Shown here: positions 1-8,349 of the stretch, piece after piece
Layout: each line of letters opens with the position of its first letter
Position numbering within the stretch: the stretch's first letter is position 1
Assembly: GCA_964586355.1 (NCBI GenBank)
Contig: CAZPGO010000023.1
Location: forward strand, 1 to 11,893
Length of the DNA stretch: 11,893 nt
Reading direction: 5' to 3'
DNA from: an uncultured archaeon
GTDB lineage: Archaea; Iainarchaeota; Iainarchaeia; Iainarchaeales; CSSED10-239
Translations under genes and position numbers: made by a program
The notes under the pieces: generated by a model
Told to the model about the DNA's origin: nothing
The model's input: only the letters and a program-made list of their open reading frames with translations
Databases searched by the model: none

Positions 1-384
1 GAAAAAAGAATCCTCTGGGTAGCAATCTATTTCTAAAACTTCTGCTTGCTTAGAACCTATTAATAAAGGGTCATCTAAATAGTAGATCTTGTTTTCAAAA
101 TAAGAATAAAGATAATGATCTAAAGATGAAATTATCTTATACCCTATAATATTTAAATCTCTTGAAGAATGATTGTTGGATATTAAAATGTTTTGAGAAG
201 AGATAGATCTACTTGTGATTAAACCAGTTAAATCTATGTCGTTAATTGATGTTTGTGTTGTTGATAATTTGTCTTTTGCAAAGTCAGATCCCCAGGTTAA
301 AACAACAGTGATCAATATAACACTTACAAGTATTAATAAGATCGTTGCGATCAATGGGGAAACAGATCTACTTTGTAAATTCAT
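1..384 (-). CDS. Archaeal type IV pilin-like protein, 5' part only (128 codons); the gene continues past the left edge of the window
   Basis: It is absent from the supplied ORF track because no stop codon lies in the window. The minus-strand ATG is at 384-382 and the frame stays open to position 1. My translation is MNLQSRSVSPLIATILLILVSVILITVVLTWGSDFAKDKL...LNIIGYKIISSLDHYLYSYF...AEVLEIDCYPEDSFF. A short basic leader, then SVSPLIAT and a ~20-residue hydrophobic helix, make an archaeal class III signal / DUF361-type pilin N-terminus. This N-terminus is nearly identical to that of gene 368..1456. The ATG overlaps the end of that gene by 17 nt. Confidence 0.75.
   Translation of the reverse strand, partial: MNLQSRSVSPLIATILLILVSVILITVVLTWGSDFAKDKLSTTQTSINDIDLTGLITSRSISSQNILISNNHSSRDLNIIGYKIISSLDHYLYSYFENKIYYLDDPLLIGSKQAEVLEIDCYPEDSFF
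291..369 (-). repeat. Copy 1 of a ~79-nt direct DNA repeat encoding the pilin signal peptide and anchor helix (partner at 1366..1444)
   Basis: In a hand alignment of 291-369 against 1366-1444 I counted about 12 mismatches in 79 nt. Shared runs include aatataacacttacaa and gttgcgatcaa. Confidence 0.7.
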
Positions 385-1456
385 AAAGCTCCACAATTTC
401 TTGATTTGTTAAAACCCTATCATAAATGCGAACATCAGATAATAAACCATTATAATAACCAGCATTATTAGATCTTCGTCCAAAATTAAAAGTATCATTT
501 GCTCCAGAAATACCAGCAGAAGATCCGGTTACTGATTTTAAATCACCATTTACATAAATATCTACTTTCTTAGTATTAGCATTCCAAGTTCCAACTAAGA
601 AATACCATTCATTTTTTTCAAAAACAAAATTTGCCTTAGATTGTATTTTAGTACCAGTATCAGTAACCATAAATTGAATTGAATTATTTTCAGGAATTGT
701 AAATTGAGTATAATTTGATGAATTTTTAGTAATATCAATTACTCTTATCCAATTTGAATAAACATTTAAATCTCTAGAATTAAGCCAAAAAGCAATAGTA
801 AAATCATTATTATTAATATCATTAAATAAATTAGGTAAAGATAAATTAACATAATTATTTGTTCCATTAAAACTTAATACTTTTTTAAATCTAGATTCAA
901 CTCTTTCAACACCATTTATTAAATTACCATTATTTTTAAAATTAGAAAGATCATAAACAACAGTATCATTATCTTCATTTAATGGCCAATAACCCACAAA
1001 ACCACAATTAAAATAATCATTCAATATTTGGTTATTTATTTTTATATATATATATTCATTAGTGTCACTAATGAGACTAACAGTAAAAATATTATCAGGG
1101 AAACACTCAATAGGAATTATTGTAATTGAATTTGGATTTATTATAATTGGAGAATCAAAATTAATTATTTTATCATAATACTCAGAAAGAGTGTGATCTG
1201 AAGACAAAATAAATTTATAAGAAACAATATTTGCAGAATTACTTGATAAATTTTTAATTAAAACATTTCTTCCTACTAATCTATCAAACCAAATAAATTC
1301 AGAAAGAGTAGATTTATTATAATTAATATTTGTTTTATTTAAATTATCATCAGTAAAAGATTTACCCCACGTTAAAACCACAGTCACTAATATAACACTT
1401 ACAACAATTAGTAAGATTGTTGCGATCAAGGGAGAGACAGATCTTTTATATATCAT
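368..1456 (-). CDS. Pilin-like surface protein: class III signal peptide and anchor helix, a conserved post-helix module, and a C-terminal LamG/concanavalin-A-like (Laminin_G_3) lectin-fold domain
   Basis: The ORF encodes 362 aa. The N-terminus MIYKRSVSPLIATILLIVVSVILVTVVL matches the archaeal prepilin pattern of [KR][GAS] followed by a hydrophobic stretch. The C-terminal ~200 aa show the LamG_3 pattern: GYWPLNEDNDTVVYDLSNFKNNGNLINGV...FNGTNNYVNL...DFTIAFWL...WYFLVGTW...VDIYVNGDL...LSDVRIYDRVLTNQEI. Confidence 0.85.
   Translation of the reverse strand: MIYKRSVSPLIATILLIVVSVILVTVVLTWGKSFTDDNLNKTNINYNKSTLSEFIWFDRLVGRNVLIKNLSSNSANIVSYKFILSSDHTLSEYYDKIINFDSPIIINPNSITIIPIECFPDNIFTVSLISDTNEYIYIKINNQILNDYFNCGFVGYWPLNEDNDTVVYDLSNFKNNGNLINGVERVESRFKKVLSFNGTNNYVNLSLPNLFNDINNNDFTIAFWLNSRDLNVYSNWIRVIDITKNSSNYTQFTIPENNSIQFMVTDTGTKIQSKANFVFEKNEWYFLVGTWNANTKKVDIYVNGDLKSVTGSSAGISGANDTFNFGRRSNNAGYYNGLLSDVRIYDRVLTNQEIVELYEFTK
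1366..1444 (-). repeat. Copy 2 of the pilin 5'-end direct repeat (partner at 291..369)
   Basis: Same hand alignment as for 291..369. Both copies lie at the 5' ends of adjacent same-strand pilin-like genes. Confidence 0.7.
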
Positions 1457-1480
1457 AATAGAATAAATAGATTATGAAAA

Positions 1481-1490
1481 TATTTATAAA
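1481..1490 (-). promoter_or_regulatory. TATA-box-like element for gene 368..1456 (leaderless-type spacing)
   Basis: The minus strand reads TTTATAAATA, centred ~29 nt upstream of the ATG at 1456. No Shine-Dalgarno-like purine tract lies between them. The same geometry recurs upstream of two other genes in the window. Confidence 0.4.
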
Positions 1491-1503
1491 AGTAATCAGA
1501 GAA

Positions 1504-1546
1504 CAAAAGAATTAGAAAAAACAGGTGTCCAAGAAATAATGAAAAA
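1504..1546 (-). terminator. Oligo-T tracts downstream of ppsA (archaeal-type termination signal)
   Basis: Immediately after the TAA stop at 1549-1547 the minus strand reads TTTTTCATTATTTCTTGGACACCTGTTTTTTCTAATTCTTTTG. It contains T5, T6 and T4 runs, and the T6 run follows a short ACA..TGT palindrome. Confidence 0.3.
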
Positions 1547-4500
1547 TTACTTCTTGTTCTTATTCTTTTTAATTATTGCTCTAGGTGGCCTTTTTATTAC
1601 TGCTCTTGCAGATCTAATAAGCGAGGTAGATCTTTTGTTTGCTTTTTTCTCAAGTTCTGCAATTGCAAGCTTTGTTTTTACAACTGTATCTGGATTTAAG
1701 CTAATAGATTTAATACCATTTTCAACTAAAAACAAAGCAAAGTCTGGATAATCTGATGGTGCTTGACCACAAATACCAATATATTTCTTTTTCTTATTTG
1801 CAATTTCAATTACTTCTTTAATCATTTTCTTTACTGCTGGATTTCTTTCATCATAAATGTTTGTTAAAAGTTCTGAGTTTCTATCAAGTCCTAAGATCAA
1901 TTGGGTTAGATCATTACTTCCAATACTAAATCCATCAAAGATATCTAAAAACTCATCTGCTAAAATTACATTTGAAGGAATCTCACACATACAATGAACA
2001 TATAACCCATCCTTTCCTTTTTCTAATCTATTTTTTTTCATTTCAGAAATTACTGCTTTTGCTTCATCTATGGTTCTACAAAAAGGAATCATAATTTCTA
2101 AATTTTTTAAACCAAATTCTTCTCTTACTTTTTTAATTGCTTTACATTCTAGTTTAAAACCTTCTTTATAATTTCCTTGATAATACCTAGAAGCCCCACG
2201 CCAACCAATCATTGGATTACTTTCAATTGGTTCATATTCTTTTCCTCCAATAAGGTTTGCATATTCATCTGATTTAAAATCTGATAATCTCAAAATAACC
2301 TTTTTTGGATAGAAACCAGCAGCAATTCTTGCAATTCCTTGAGCTAAAACGTCTACAAAGTATTGTGATTTATCTTTATAGTTAGGAGTTAATTCATCTA
2401 TTTTCCATTTAACTTGCTTGTCTGTAAGTTTATTATAGTTAATTAATGCAAGTGGATGAATCTTAATCCAAGAATTAATTATAAACTCTTCTCTTGCAAG
2501 ACCAACACCATCATTAGGTAAAAAGCTTAGATCAAATGCTTGCTCAGGATTTCCAACATTTAGTGTTATTTGTGTTTTAGTTTCTGGCATTTTTGAAATA
2601 TCAGTAATTTCTTTTTCAAAAGCAACTTTTCCATCATAAACAAAAGCATTATCTCCTGTTGAACAATCAATAGTAACTGTTTGCCCAGTTTTTAATTTTT
2701 CAGTAGCATTAAGAGATCCCACAATACAAGGTATTCCGTGTTCTCTTGCAATTATTGCGGCGTGACAGGTCCTTCCACCCCTATTAGTAACAATACCGGA
2801 AGCAATCTTCATAATTGGCTCCCAATCAGGATCAGTCATTTCTGTTACTAATATTTCATCTTTTTTAAATTGATGAATATCTTTTACATCTCTGATAATA
2901 TTAACTTTTCCAGAAACCATTTTTTGACCAATACTTTTTCCAACTACTAATGGTTCTGGTGCTTTTGTTTTTAGATTATAGGTAACATATTGATTTCTAT
3001 TTTTTTGTGATTGAACAGTCTCTGGTCTTGCTTGAACAATAAACAATTCATTTGTTATTCCATCAATTGCCCATTCCATATCCATTGGTTTATAATGACT
3101 AGCTTTTTTAGAATAATAATCTTCAATTATTACTGCCCATTTTGCTAGTTGAAGTATTTGAGAATCAGTTACGCAAAATTGGTTTCTTCTAGTTAGATCA
3201 ACAGCAACATTTTTTACTTGTTTATTTCCTTGAGTATCATAGATCATTTTCATGTTTTTTGAACCAAGAGTCTTTGAAATTATAGCATTATATCCTTCTT
3301 TTAAAGTAGGTTTAAAAACATAAAACTCATCAGGAGTTACAGCTCCTTGAACAACATTTTCTCCAAGCCCATAAGCTCCATTAATTAACACAACATCTTT
3401 AAATCCACTTTCAGTATCTATTGAAAACATAACACCTGAAGAAGCTTGATCACTTCTTACCATTCTTTGAACACAGATTGATAAAGCAACTTCAAAATGA
3501 TTAAATTTTTTTGCTTCTCTATAAGAGATAGCTCTATTAGTAAACAAAGATGCAAAACATTTCCTACAAGCAGCAATTAATTCAGTTGGGCCTTTAATAT
3601 TTAAGTATGTTTCTTGCTGACCAGCAAATGAGGCACTATTATGTGTAATAATATTACCTAATCCTGAATTAAAATTTTCTGTTTTAGAAACAGTAAAATC
3701 ATAAACTAATCCAGTATAATTAATTGGTTCGATTTTTTTTATTTTATCCCACAACACATTACTTTCAAAATATGGTAAATATTCTTTAAAATTTAATTTA
3801 TTAAATAACTCAATTAATTTATCTTTTGAAATACTACCGTTTAAAACACCTTTATTCCAAGGACATTTTCCTTTTATAAATTTGCCTTTTTGATCATAAT
3901 TTATATATTTTAAAATTTCTTTAAACTTAATTTCATTTTCATAAAATGTTTTTTTACAACCCTTACAAAAATATCTTAATTTATTTTTATAATGGCTTGT
4001 TTTTTCTAATGATTTATTACAAATTGGACAAATACCAATACATACTTGTGTTTTATTTAATTTCAAATCATATTCTTCTTTTATCTTTTTAGACAAAATA
4101 TCTGAAATTAAAATATTGTTTTTCATTGATGGATGAATCTTTAATAAATCATATGTTTTAATTAATTCATTTAATTTATTAATTTTATTTTTATTAATAA
4201 ATGAAATTTCTGTTTTATATTTTGGTACACATTTTGCAGGGATAGTTAAATAAAAATATTTATTTGTATTTTTCAGATAATATTCATAATCTAAAATAGA
4301 TAACAAAATAGAAACACCATAAACTAATTTTTTAGAACTAGAACAAAAAGAAACTCCTTTTTTTGAAACACAACCATCTCCATCAAAAATTCCTTTTAAA
4401 AAAGAAGAAATAATTTTAGAATTAGAACTATAAATAAATTCAGGAACTTCTTTAATATAAGCAGACCTCCCTTTTCCCTTAAAATTCAACGGTTTTCCTG

Positions 4501-5608
4501 TAACACTTTGTAAAAAGCTAACTAATGTTTTAGAATAAATTCTTAATGAATTTTTATTAATTTTACTATTGTTATAAATACCAATTGATTTATAAAAAGA
4601 AATTATTTTATTCATAATATTTTTATCAGAATTAGTAATAATTACTTCATTATTTTTATAAGTACAGCCTTCAGCACAAAAAACACCTAAGAAATAAGAA
4701 AACTCTTCATTTAAATTTATAATTTTAGGCAAGGGGGTTTGAATTTTCCAATTATTTGATTTATTTTTAATATATATATTATTATTAATAACTTCTACAT
4801 CTTCTTTTGAAATATAATTTAAAACATTAATTTCTTTTAAATTAGATTTATTTATTGGTAATTGTTTAATAGTAGGAATAAATTCCTTACCATTAAGATC
4901 ATCAATAGAAACAACTTTTTGTTTCATATCGTTAGTATCTAAAACTATCAAAGAATGATCTTTTGTAATAACTATTTCTTTACCAGTTTCTGTTGTAATT
5001 TTATATAATTTTTTATTTTTTGCAGGATGTGCATAAATATCACTAACTTTTGACCAAACAATTTTATTATTGTTCATTGAAGGTACTTCTATATCTTTTT
5101 GATCTTTATATTTTTTATAAATATTTTCAATAGTATCACAAACAATTTTATTATTTAGTTTTATAAAAACTAATTCATCTTTAGAAATACTTGGCAGATC
5201 TTCTGCTGTTGCACTTGATCTTACAGCTACATCTAGTTCTTTAACTTTTTCTTTTTTACATAATTGATAATAGTGTTCTGTTATTTCGTCTTCTAATTCT
5301 TTTGGAAGAGGTGTGTTTCTTATAAGTTGTCTTACTTCATGTCCTTTTCTCATAAGATTTTCTAAGTTATTAACATTAAGGTCTTTTAATATTTTTTCAA
5401 TTTCTTTTTTTATTCCGCCTTTTTCTAAAAGATACCTATAAGCATAAGCAGTAACTGCAAAACCATATGGAACCTTAACACCTTGTTTTCCTAGATTTTG
5501 ATACATTTCTCCTAAAGATGCGTTTTTCCCACCAACAATAGGAACGTCATCAATACCAATTTCATCAAACCACAAAACAAATTTGTCTTCTCTCTTTATC
5601 TCTCTCAT
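1547..5608 (-). CDS. ppsA: Phosphoenolpyruvate synthase (pyruvate, water dikinase) interrupted by one in-frame intein; the mature extein is ~835 aa
   Basis: The N-terminal ATP-grasp region reads VLWFDEIGIDDVPIVGGKNASLGEMYQNL...VAVRSSATAEDLP, then the insert, then SASFAGQQETYLNIKGP. The swivel domain carries the phospho-His loop TNRGGRTCHAAIIAREHGIPCIVG (His codon 2764-2762). The C-terminal PEP-utilizer TIM barrel has RLSDFKSDEY, MIGWRGASRY, GSNDLTQ and ICGQAPSD. The ORF track starts at GTG 5617, but I prefer ATG 5608 because GGAGTG lies 6 nt upstream of it. Confidence 0.93.
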   Translation of the reverse strand: MREIKREDKFVLWFDEIGIDDVPIVGGKNASLGEMYQNLGKQGVKVPYGFAVTAYAYRYLLEKGGIKKEIEKILKDLNVNNLENLMRKGHEVRQLIRNTPLPKELEDEITEHYYQLCKKEKVKELDVAVRSSATAEDLPSISKDELVFIKLNNKIVCDTIENIYKKYKDQKDIEVPSMNNNKIVWSKVSDIYAHPAKNKKLYKITTETGKEIVITKDHSLIVLDTNDMKQKVVSIDDLNGKEFIPTIKQLPINKSNLKEINVLNYISKEDVEVINNNIYIKNKSNNWKIQTPLPKIINLNEEFSYFLGVFCAEGCTYKNNEVIITNSDKNIMNKIISFYKSIGIYNNSKINKNSLRIYSKTLVSFLQSVTGKPLNFKGKGRSAYIKEVPEFIYSSNSKIISSFLKGIFDGDGCVSKKGVSFCSSSKKLVYGVSILLSILDYEYYLKNTNKYFYLTIPAKCVPKYKTEISFINKNKINKLNELIKTYDLLKIHPSMKNNILISDILSKKIKEEYDLKLNKTQVCIGICPICNKSLEKTSHYKNKLRYFCKGCKKTFYENEIKFKEILKYINYDQKGKFIKGKCPWNKGVLNGSISKDKLIELFNKLNFKEYLPYFESNVLWDKIKKIEPINYTGLVYDFTVSKTENFNSGLGNIITHNSASFAGQQETYLNIKGPTELIAACRKCFASLFTNRAISYREAKKFNHFEVALSICVQRMVRSDQASSGVMFSIDTESGFKDVVLINGAYGLGENVVQGAVTPDEFYVFKPTLKEGYNAIISKTLGSKNMKMIYDTQGNKQVKNVAVDLTRRNQFCVTDSQILQLAKWAVIIEDYYSKKASHYKPMDMEWAIDGITNELFIVQARPETVQSQKNRNQYVTYNLKTKAPEPLVVGKSIGQKMVSGKVNIIRDVKDIHQFKKDEILVTEMTDPDWEPIMKIASGIVTNRGGRTCHAAIIAREHGIPCIVGSLNATEKLKTGQTVTIDCSTGDNAFVYDGKVAFEKEITDISKMPETKTQITLNVGNPEQAFDLSFLPNDGVGLAREEFIINSWIKIHPLALINYNKLTDKQVKWKIDELTPNYKDKSQYFVDVLAQGIARIAAGFYPKKVILRLSDFKSDEYANLIGGKEYEPIESNPMIGWRGASRYYQGNYKEGFKLECKAIKKVREEFGLKNLEIMIPFCRTIDEAKAVISEMKKNRLEKGKDGLYVHCMCEIPSNVILADEFLDIFDGFSIGSNDLTQLILGLDRNSELLTNIYDERNPAVKKMIKEVIEIANKKKKYIGICGQAPSDYPDFALFLVENGIKSISLNPDTVVKTKLAIAELEKKANKRSTSLIRSARAVIKRPPRAIIKKNKNKK
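3638..5191 (-). mobile_element. Intein (518 codons) with a LAGLIDADG homing-endonuclease domain, inserted in ppsA
   Basis: The insert begins with Ser (AGT, 5191-5189) right after AEDLP. It ends ...GNIITHN (AAT, 3640-3638), followed by the +1 Ser of SASFAGQQ. Recognisable intein blocks are A SISKDELVF, B GKEIVITKDHSLIV (TxxH), C FSYFLGVFCAEGC, D-like IKEVPEFIY, E FLKGIFDGDGCV, F LVYDFTVSKTENF and G NIITHN|S. The length of 1554 nt is divisible by 3 and there are no internal stops. Confidence 0.9.
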
Positions 5609-5614
5609 ATATTT

Positions 5615-5620
5615 CACTCC
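5615..5620 (-). promoter_or_regulatory. Shine-Dalgarno-like site for ppsA
   Basis: The minus strand reads AAAGGAGTGAAATATATG. The GGAGTG element is separated from ATG 5608-5606 by a 6-nt spacer. Confidence 0.5.
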
Positions 5621-5705
5621 TTTAAATACATTTCTGATTGTAAAATATAAATATAATAAAATAGAAAGAAGGTTTAATATTTAAACATTTGTTTTTAAAA
5701 TAAAA

Positions 5706-7457
5706 TTAACGAGCTCCACCGCCACCACCAAAACCACCACCAAATCTTCCACCGCCAACAGCATGGCCAGATCCAGATACAAACCCATAACTCTGTAAAC
5801 TCCTAAAATTAGAGGATGCTACAAAACCAGAGTAAGTAACAAACCTATAATTTGATCTCTCTTCTGGCAGTGCAACTTTAAGAACATTAGATGTTTGTTT
5901 TGCTACTCCAAAAACAGTTGCATAAACCATATATTCTTCCCAAATAATTACTGATCTTGGGGGGTGCTCTTTCATTAAAGAATAATCAGTTATATATTTT
6001 TTAAAATTACTCCATTTTAAGTTCTCAACTCTTGCTTCTTTAGAAAATCTTCCAAACAATAGTTTAAAGTTCAGAATTATTGGTAAAAACATTGAAAATA
6101 TAAATAAAATTATAAAAAAAACAGATTTATTAGGAAAAATATAATTTTTTACAGCCATAAGTAAGAACAATAAAAATATGAAAAAAATATATCCTCCAGT
6201 TGCAATAGAAACACCTCTTTTATCTAAACATTTACTTTTACTAAACCAGTTGCTATATTCTAAATATATATCACTAAACAATTTATTAAAATCAGAAGTT
6301 AACTTTAGTATTTTTGATCTATTTTTTATAAAATCCGAAGATAAAAGGTTTTGATTATTTATTCTTTTTGTAAAAAGATCTAAATCTATTTGACCATCAG
6401 GATAATGCTTTTTTAAAAAATCATTCACTTGTTTAACATAGCTTGGAAGTTCAACATCTTTGGAATTTTTTACTTTTAATAAAACATAATTTTTATTGTT
6501 TTTTTCTAAAATATATTGTTTTTTCCAAACAAGATACATTATGGCAGAAGAAAACCAATCCTTTGAAAAATCACCAAAAATAAAATAGTTTGCTTTTAAT
6601 GGATCTTCTTCTTTTGGTAGATCTCTTTCATAAACACCAAAATAGTTTACTTGTTTATTAGTATATTCTTTACCAAAGAAAAACCAAACTAAAAAATAGA
6701 ACAAAAAAGGAATAAAAAATATTAAAAAAATGATTAGTATTTTTTGAAATAAAGAAAACTCTTTTTTTACATTTTCTTTAATATAAGAATCATAATCTTT
6801 TTGCCAATTTGCTTCATTTGAAACAACAATTGATGAATTAGAATCTTTTACTGGTAAAAGAGTTATATCAAACCAGTCTTTAGGCATTAAGACATTTATT
6901 TCAATAACTTCGTTTGCTAAAACTCTCTTAGAAATATTAATTTGATTTTTATTAACCTTTGAATCATAATTTTTGGAATGAATAAAAAATTTAGTTTGAT
7001 TTACATCTCCAGGAAAAAACAAATTAATATTAAGAGGACTAGATTTCTCTATACCTCCGCCAAAAATAAAATAATAGAATTGTGTTTTATCTTGTAATAG
7101 ATATATTTCATTATTAATAGTATAATTAAAATTAGCAGTAACAGATTTATCACAAAAATCCCCTTTTAAAATAAGTTCTGGCTTTCTAGAAATGGTGTTG
7201 GTTTTTTTATATTCAAATAAACAATTTTCATTTTCACAAAAACCTGATTCATCAGAAATTATTACATTGGGTTTAGTAATAAAAATTTCTTTATAACAAC
7301 CAGTAAATTCATATTCCCAGTTTTCTGTAACTGATATTACTCCTGTTTTATCTATGGTGTAATTTATATCAATATTATTAATCTCATATTCTCTTGCAAA
7401 AGTAAATGGCAAAAGTAGTATTAATAATAGAAACAATAATATTATTTTTTTATTCAT
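5706..7457 (-). CDS. DUF2207-type membrane protein with signal peptide, extracytoplasmic N-domain, several TM helices and a Gly-rich C-terminal tail
   Basis: The ORF encodes 583 aa. The signal peptide is MNKKIILLFLLLILLLPFTFA|REY. The N-domain start YEINNIDINYTIDKTGVISVTENWEYEFTG fits the DUF2207 N-terminal pattern. Hydrophobic helices include ILIIFLIFFIPFLFYFLVWFFF, GGYIFFIFLLFLLMAV and FFIILFIFSMFLPIIL. The tail GSGHAVGGGRFGGGFGGGGGAR is typical of this family. An AAGGTT element lies 5 nt upstream of the ATG. Confidence 0.7.
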   Translation of the reverse strand: MNKKIILLFLLLILLLPFTFAREYEINNIDINYTIDKTGVISVTENWEYEFTGCYKEIFITKPNVIISDESGFCENENCLFEYKKTNTISRKPELILKGDFCDKSVTANFNYTINNEIYLLQDKTQFYYFIFGGGIEKSSPLNINLFFPGDVNQTKFFIHSKNYDSKVNKNQINISKRVLANEVIEINVLMPKDWFDITLLPVKDSNSSIVVSNEANWQKDYDSYIKENVKKEFSLFQKILIIFLIFFIPFLFYFLVWFFFGKEYTNKQVNYFGVYERDLPKEEDPLKANYFIFGDFSKDWFSSAIMYLVWKKQYILEKNNKNYVLLKVKNSKDVELPSYVKQVNDFLKKHYPDGQIDLDLFTKRINNQNLLSSDFIKNRSKILKLTSDFNKLFSDIYLEYSNWFSKSKCLDKRGVSIATGGYIFFIFLLFLLMAVKNYIFPNKSVFFIILFIFSMFLPIILNFKLLFGRFSKEARVENLKWSNFKKYITDYSLMKEHPPRSVIIWEEYMVYATVFGVAKQTSNVLKVALPEERSNYRFVTYSGFVASSNFRSLQSYGFVSGSGHAVGGGRFGGGFGGGGGAR

Positions 7458-7497
7458 CTTATAACCTTATTTTTTATTGACTTTAACCCATAATATT

Positions 7498-8325
7498 TTA
7501 ATTAATTAAATCCTTTTTTTCAGAATACCTTCTAAATTTTTTAGTTTTTTTTATAGATTTATAGTTAATGGCATTAACTGGACAAAAGTTATAACATCTT
7601 GTACAGAACATACAATCATTTCCAAACTTGACTTCTTTTTTTGCTTTTTTTATTGTAATATTTTTAGTTGGGCAATTCTTTTCACAAAGCCCACAAAGAG
7701 TGCAAAGCTCTTTATCTACAACCCACTTTTTTTTTCTAGTAAATAATTTAAAGCCTTTACAGACAAGATAACAAAAAACTCTTGAAAGATAATTAGATCT
7801 TTTTATCTTTCCTTGATTATTTAAAATATCAACAAAATCATTATTTATTTTGATTGTGGTTTGATTAATGATTTTTTTTGATTGTATTTTTGTTGGAGCA
7901 TCTTTATTAAAAATAAAATAAACATTATCTGGCATTAAATAACCAAAAGTTCCATAAACAAAATAGTTCTTCTTTTCTAATATTCTTACAATTTTTCCAG
8001 TAGCATCTCCATCACTAGCACCATAAGTAGTTATTACAAAAACTGGTTTGTTTTTTGTTTCTGGCAATCTATTAACAAAAGATAGAACCATTTCTGGTGG
8101 ATACCAAGAATAAACTGGGCAGGCAATTATTAAAAAATCATATTTTTTTTGAGTAGTTACAGATTCTACATCTTCAATTGGAATCAAATCTACAGAAATA
8201 TTTTTTTCTCTAAAAAGATCTCTATATTTATTAACAACATAAGCAGTATTTCCAGTACCAGAAAAATAATAGATCACACCGTTTTTACATTTTTCAAAGG
8301 TTTTTCTAATTATTTCTTTTCTCAT
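7498..8325 (-). CDS. EFR1-family ferredoxin: flavodoxin-like N-domain fused to a 2x[4Fe-4S] dicluster domain
   Basis: The ORF encodes 275 aa. It has the flavodoxin-like phosphate loop VIYYFSGTGNTAYV. Two complete CxxCxxCxxxCP motifs are present: CTLCGLCEKNCP and CMFCTRCYNFCP. Confidence 0.8.
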   Translation of the reverse strand: MRKEIIRKTFEKCKNGVIYYFSGTGNTAYVVNKYRDLFREKNISVDLIPIEDVESVTTQKKYDFLIIACPVYSWYPPEMVLSFVNRLPETKNKPVFVITTYGASDGDATGKIVRILEKKNYFVYGTFGYLMPDNVYFIFNKDAPTKIQSKKIINQTTIKINNDFVDILNNQGKIKRSNYLSRVFCYLVCKGFKLFTRKKKWVVDKELCTLCGLCEKNCPTKNITIKKAKKEVKFGNDCMFCTRCYNFCPVNAINYKSIKKTKKFRRYSEKKDLIN

Positions 8326-8349
8326 AATTTAATTATAAAGAATAATAGT

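Noticed and set aside
215-412. Plus-strand ORF of 65 aa from the ORF track
   Set aside because: It lies entirely antisense to the two pilin-like genes. Its translation is low-complexity with no motif, and it is the mirror image of the hydrophobic-helix codons. I treat it as a shadow ORF.
1539-1751. Plus-strand ORF of 70 aa
   Set aside because: It lies antisense to the well-supported 3' end of ppsA. The apparently hydrophobic peptide is an artefact of reading Lys/Asn-rich codons backwards.
2740-2790. A second intein at the phospho-histidine loop of PpsA, the site I recall for the Methanocaldococcus PEP synthase intein
   Set aside because: The loop TNRGGRTCHAAIIAREHG is contiguous here, so there is no insertion.
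3638-5191. The ppsA insertion as a misassembly or a fusion with an unrelated gene
   Set aside because: The insert is exactly in frame and bounded by canonical intein termini (Ser1 ... HN|Ser). Removing it restores a universally conserved PpsA motif, which a chimeric assembly would not produce.
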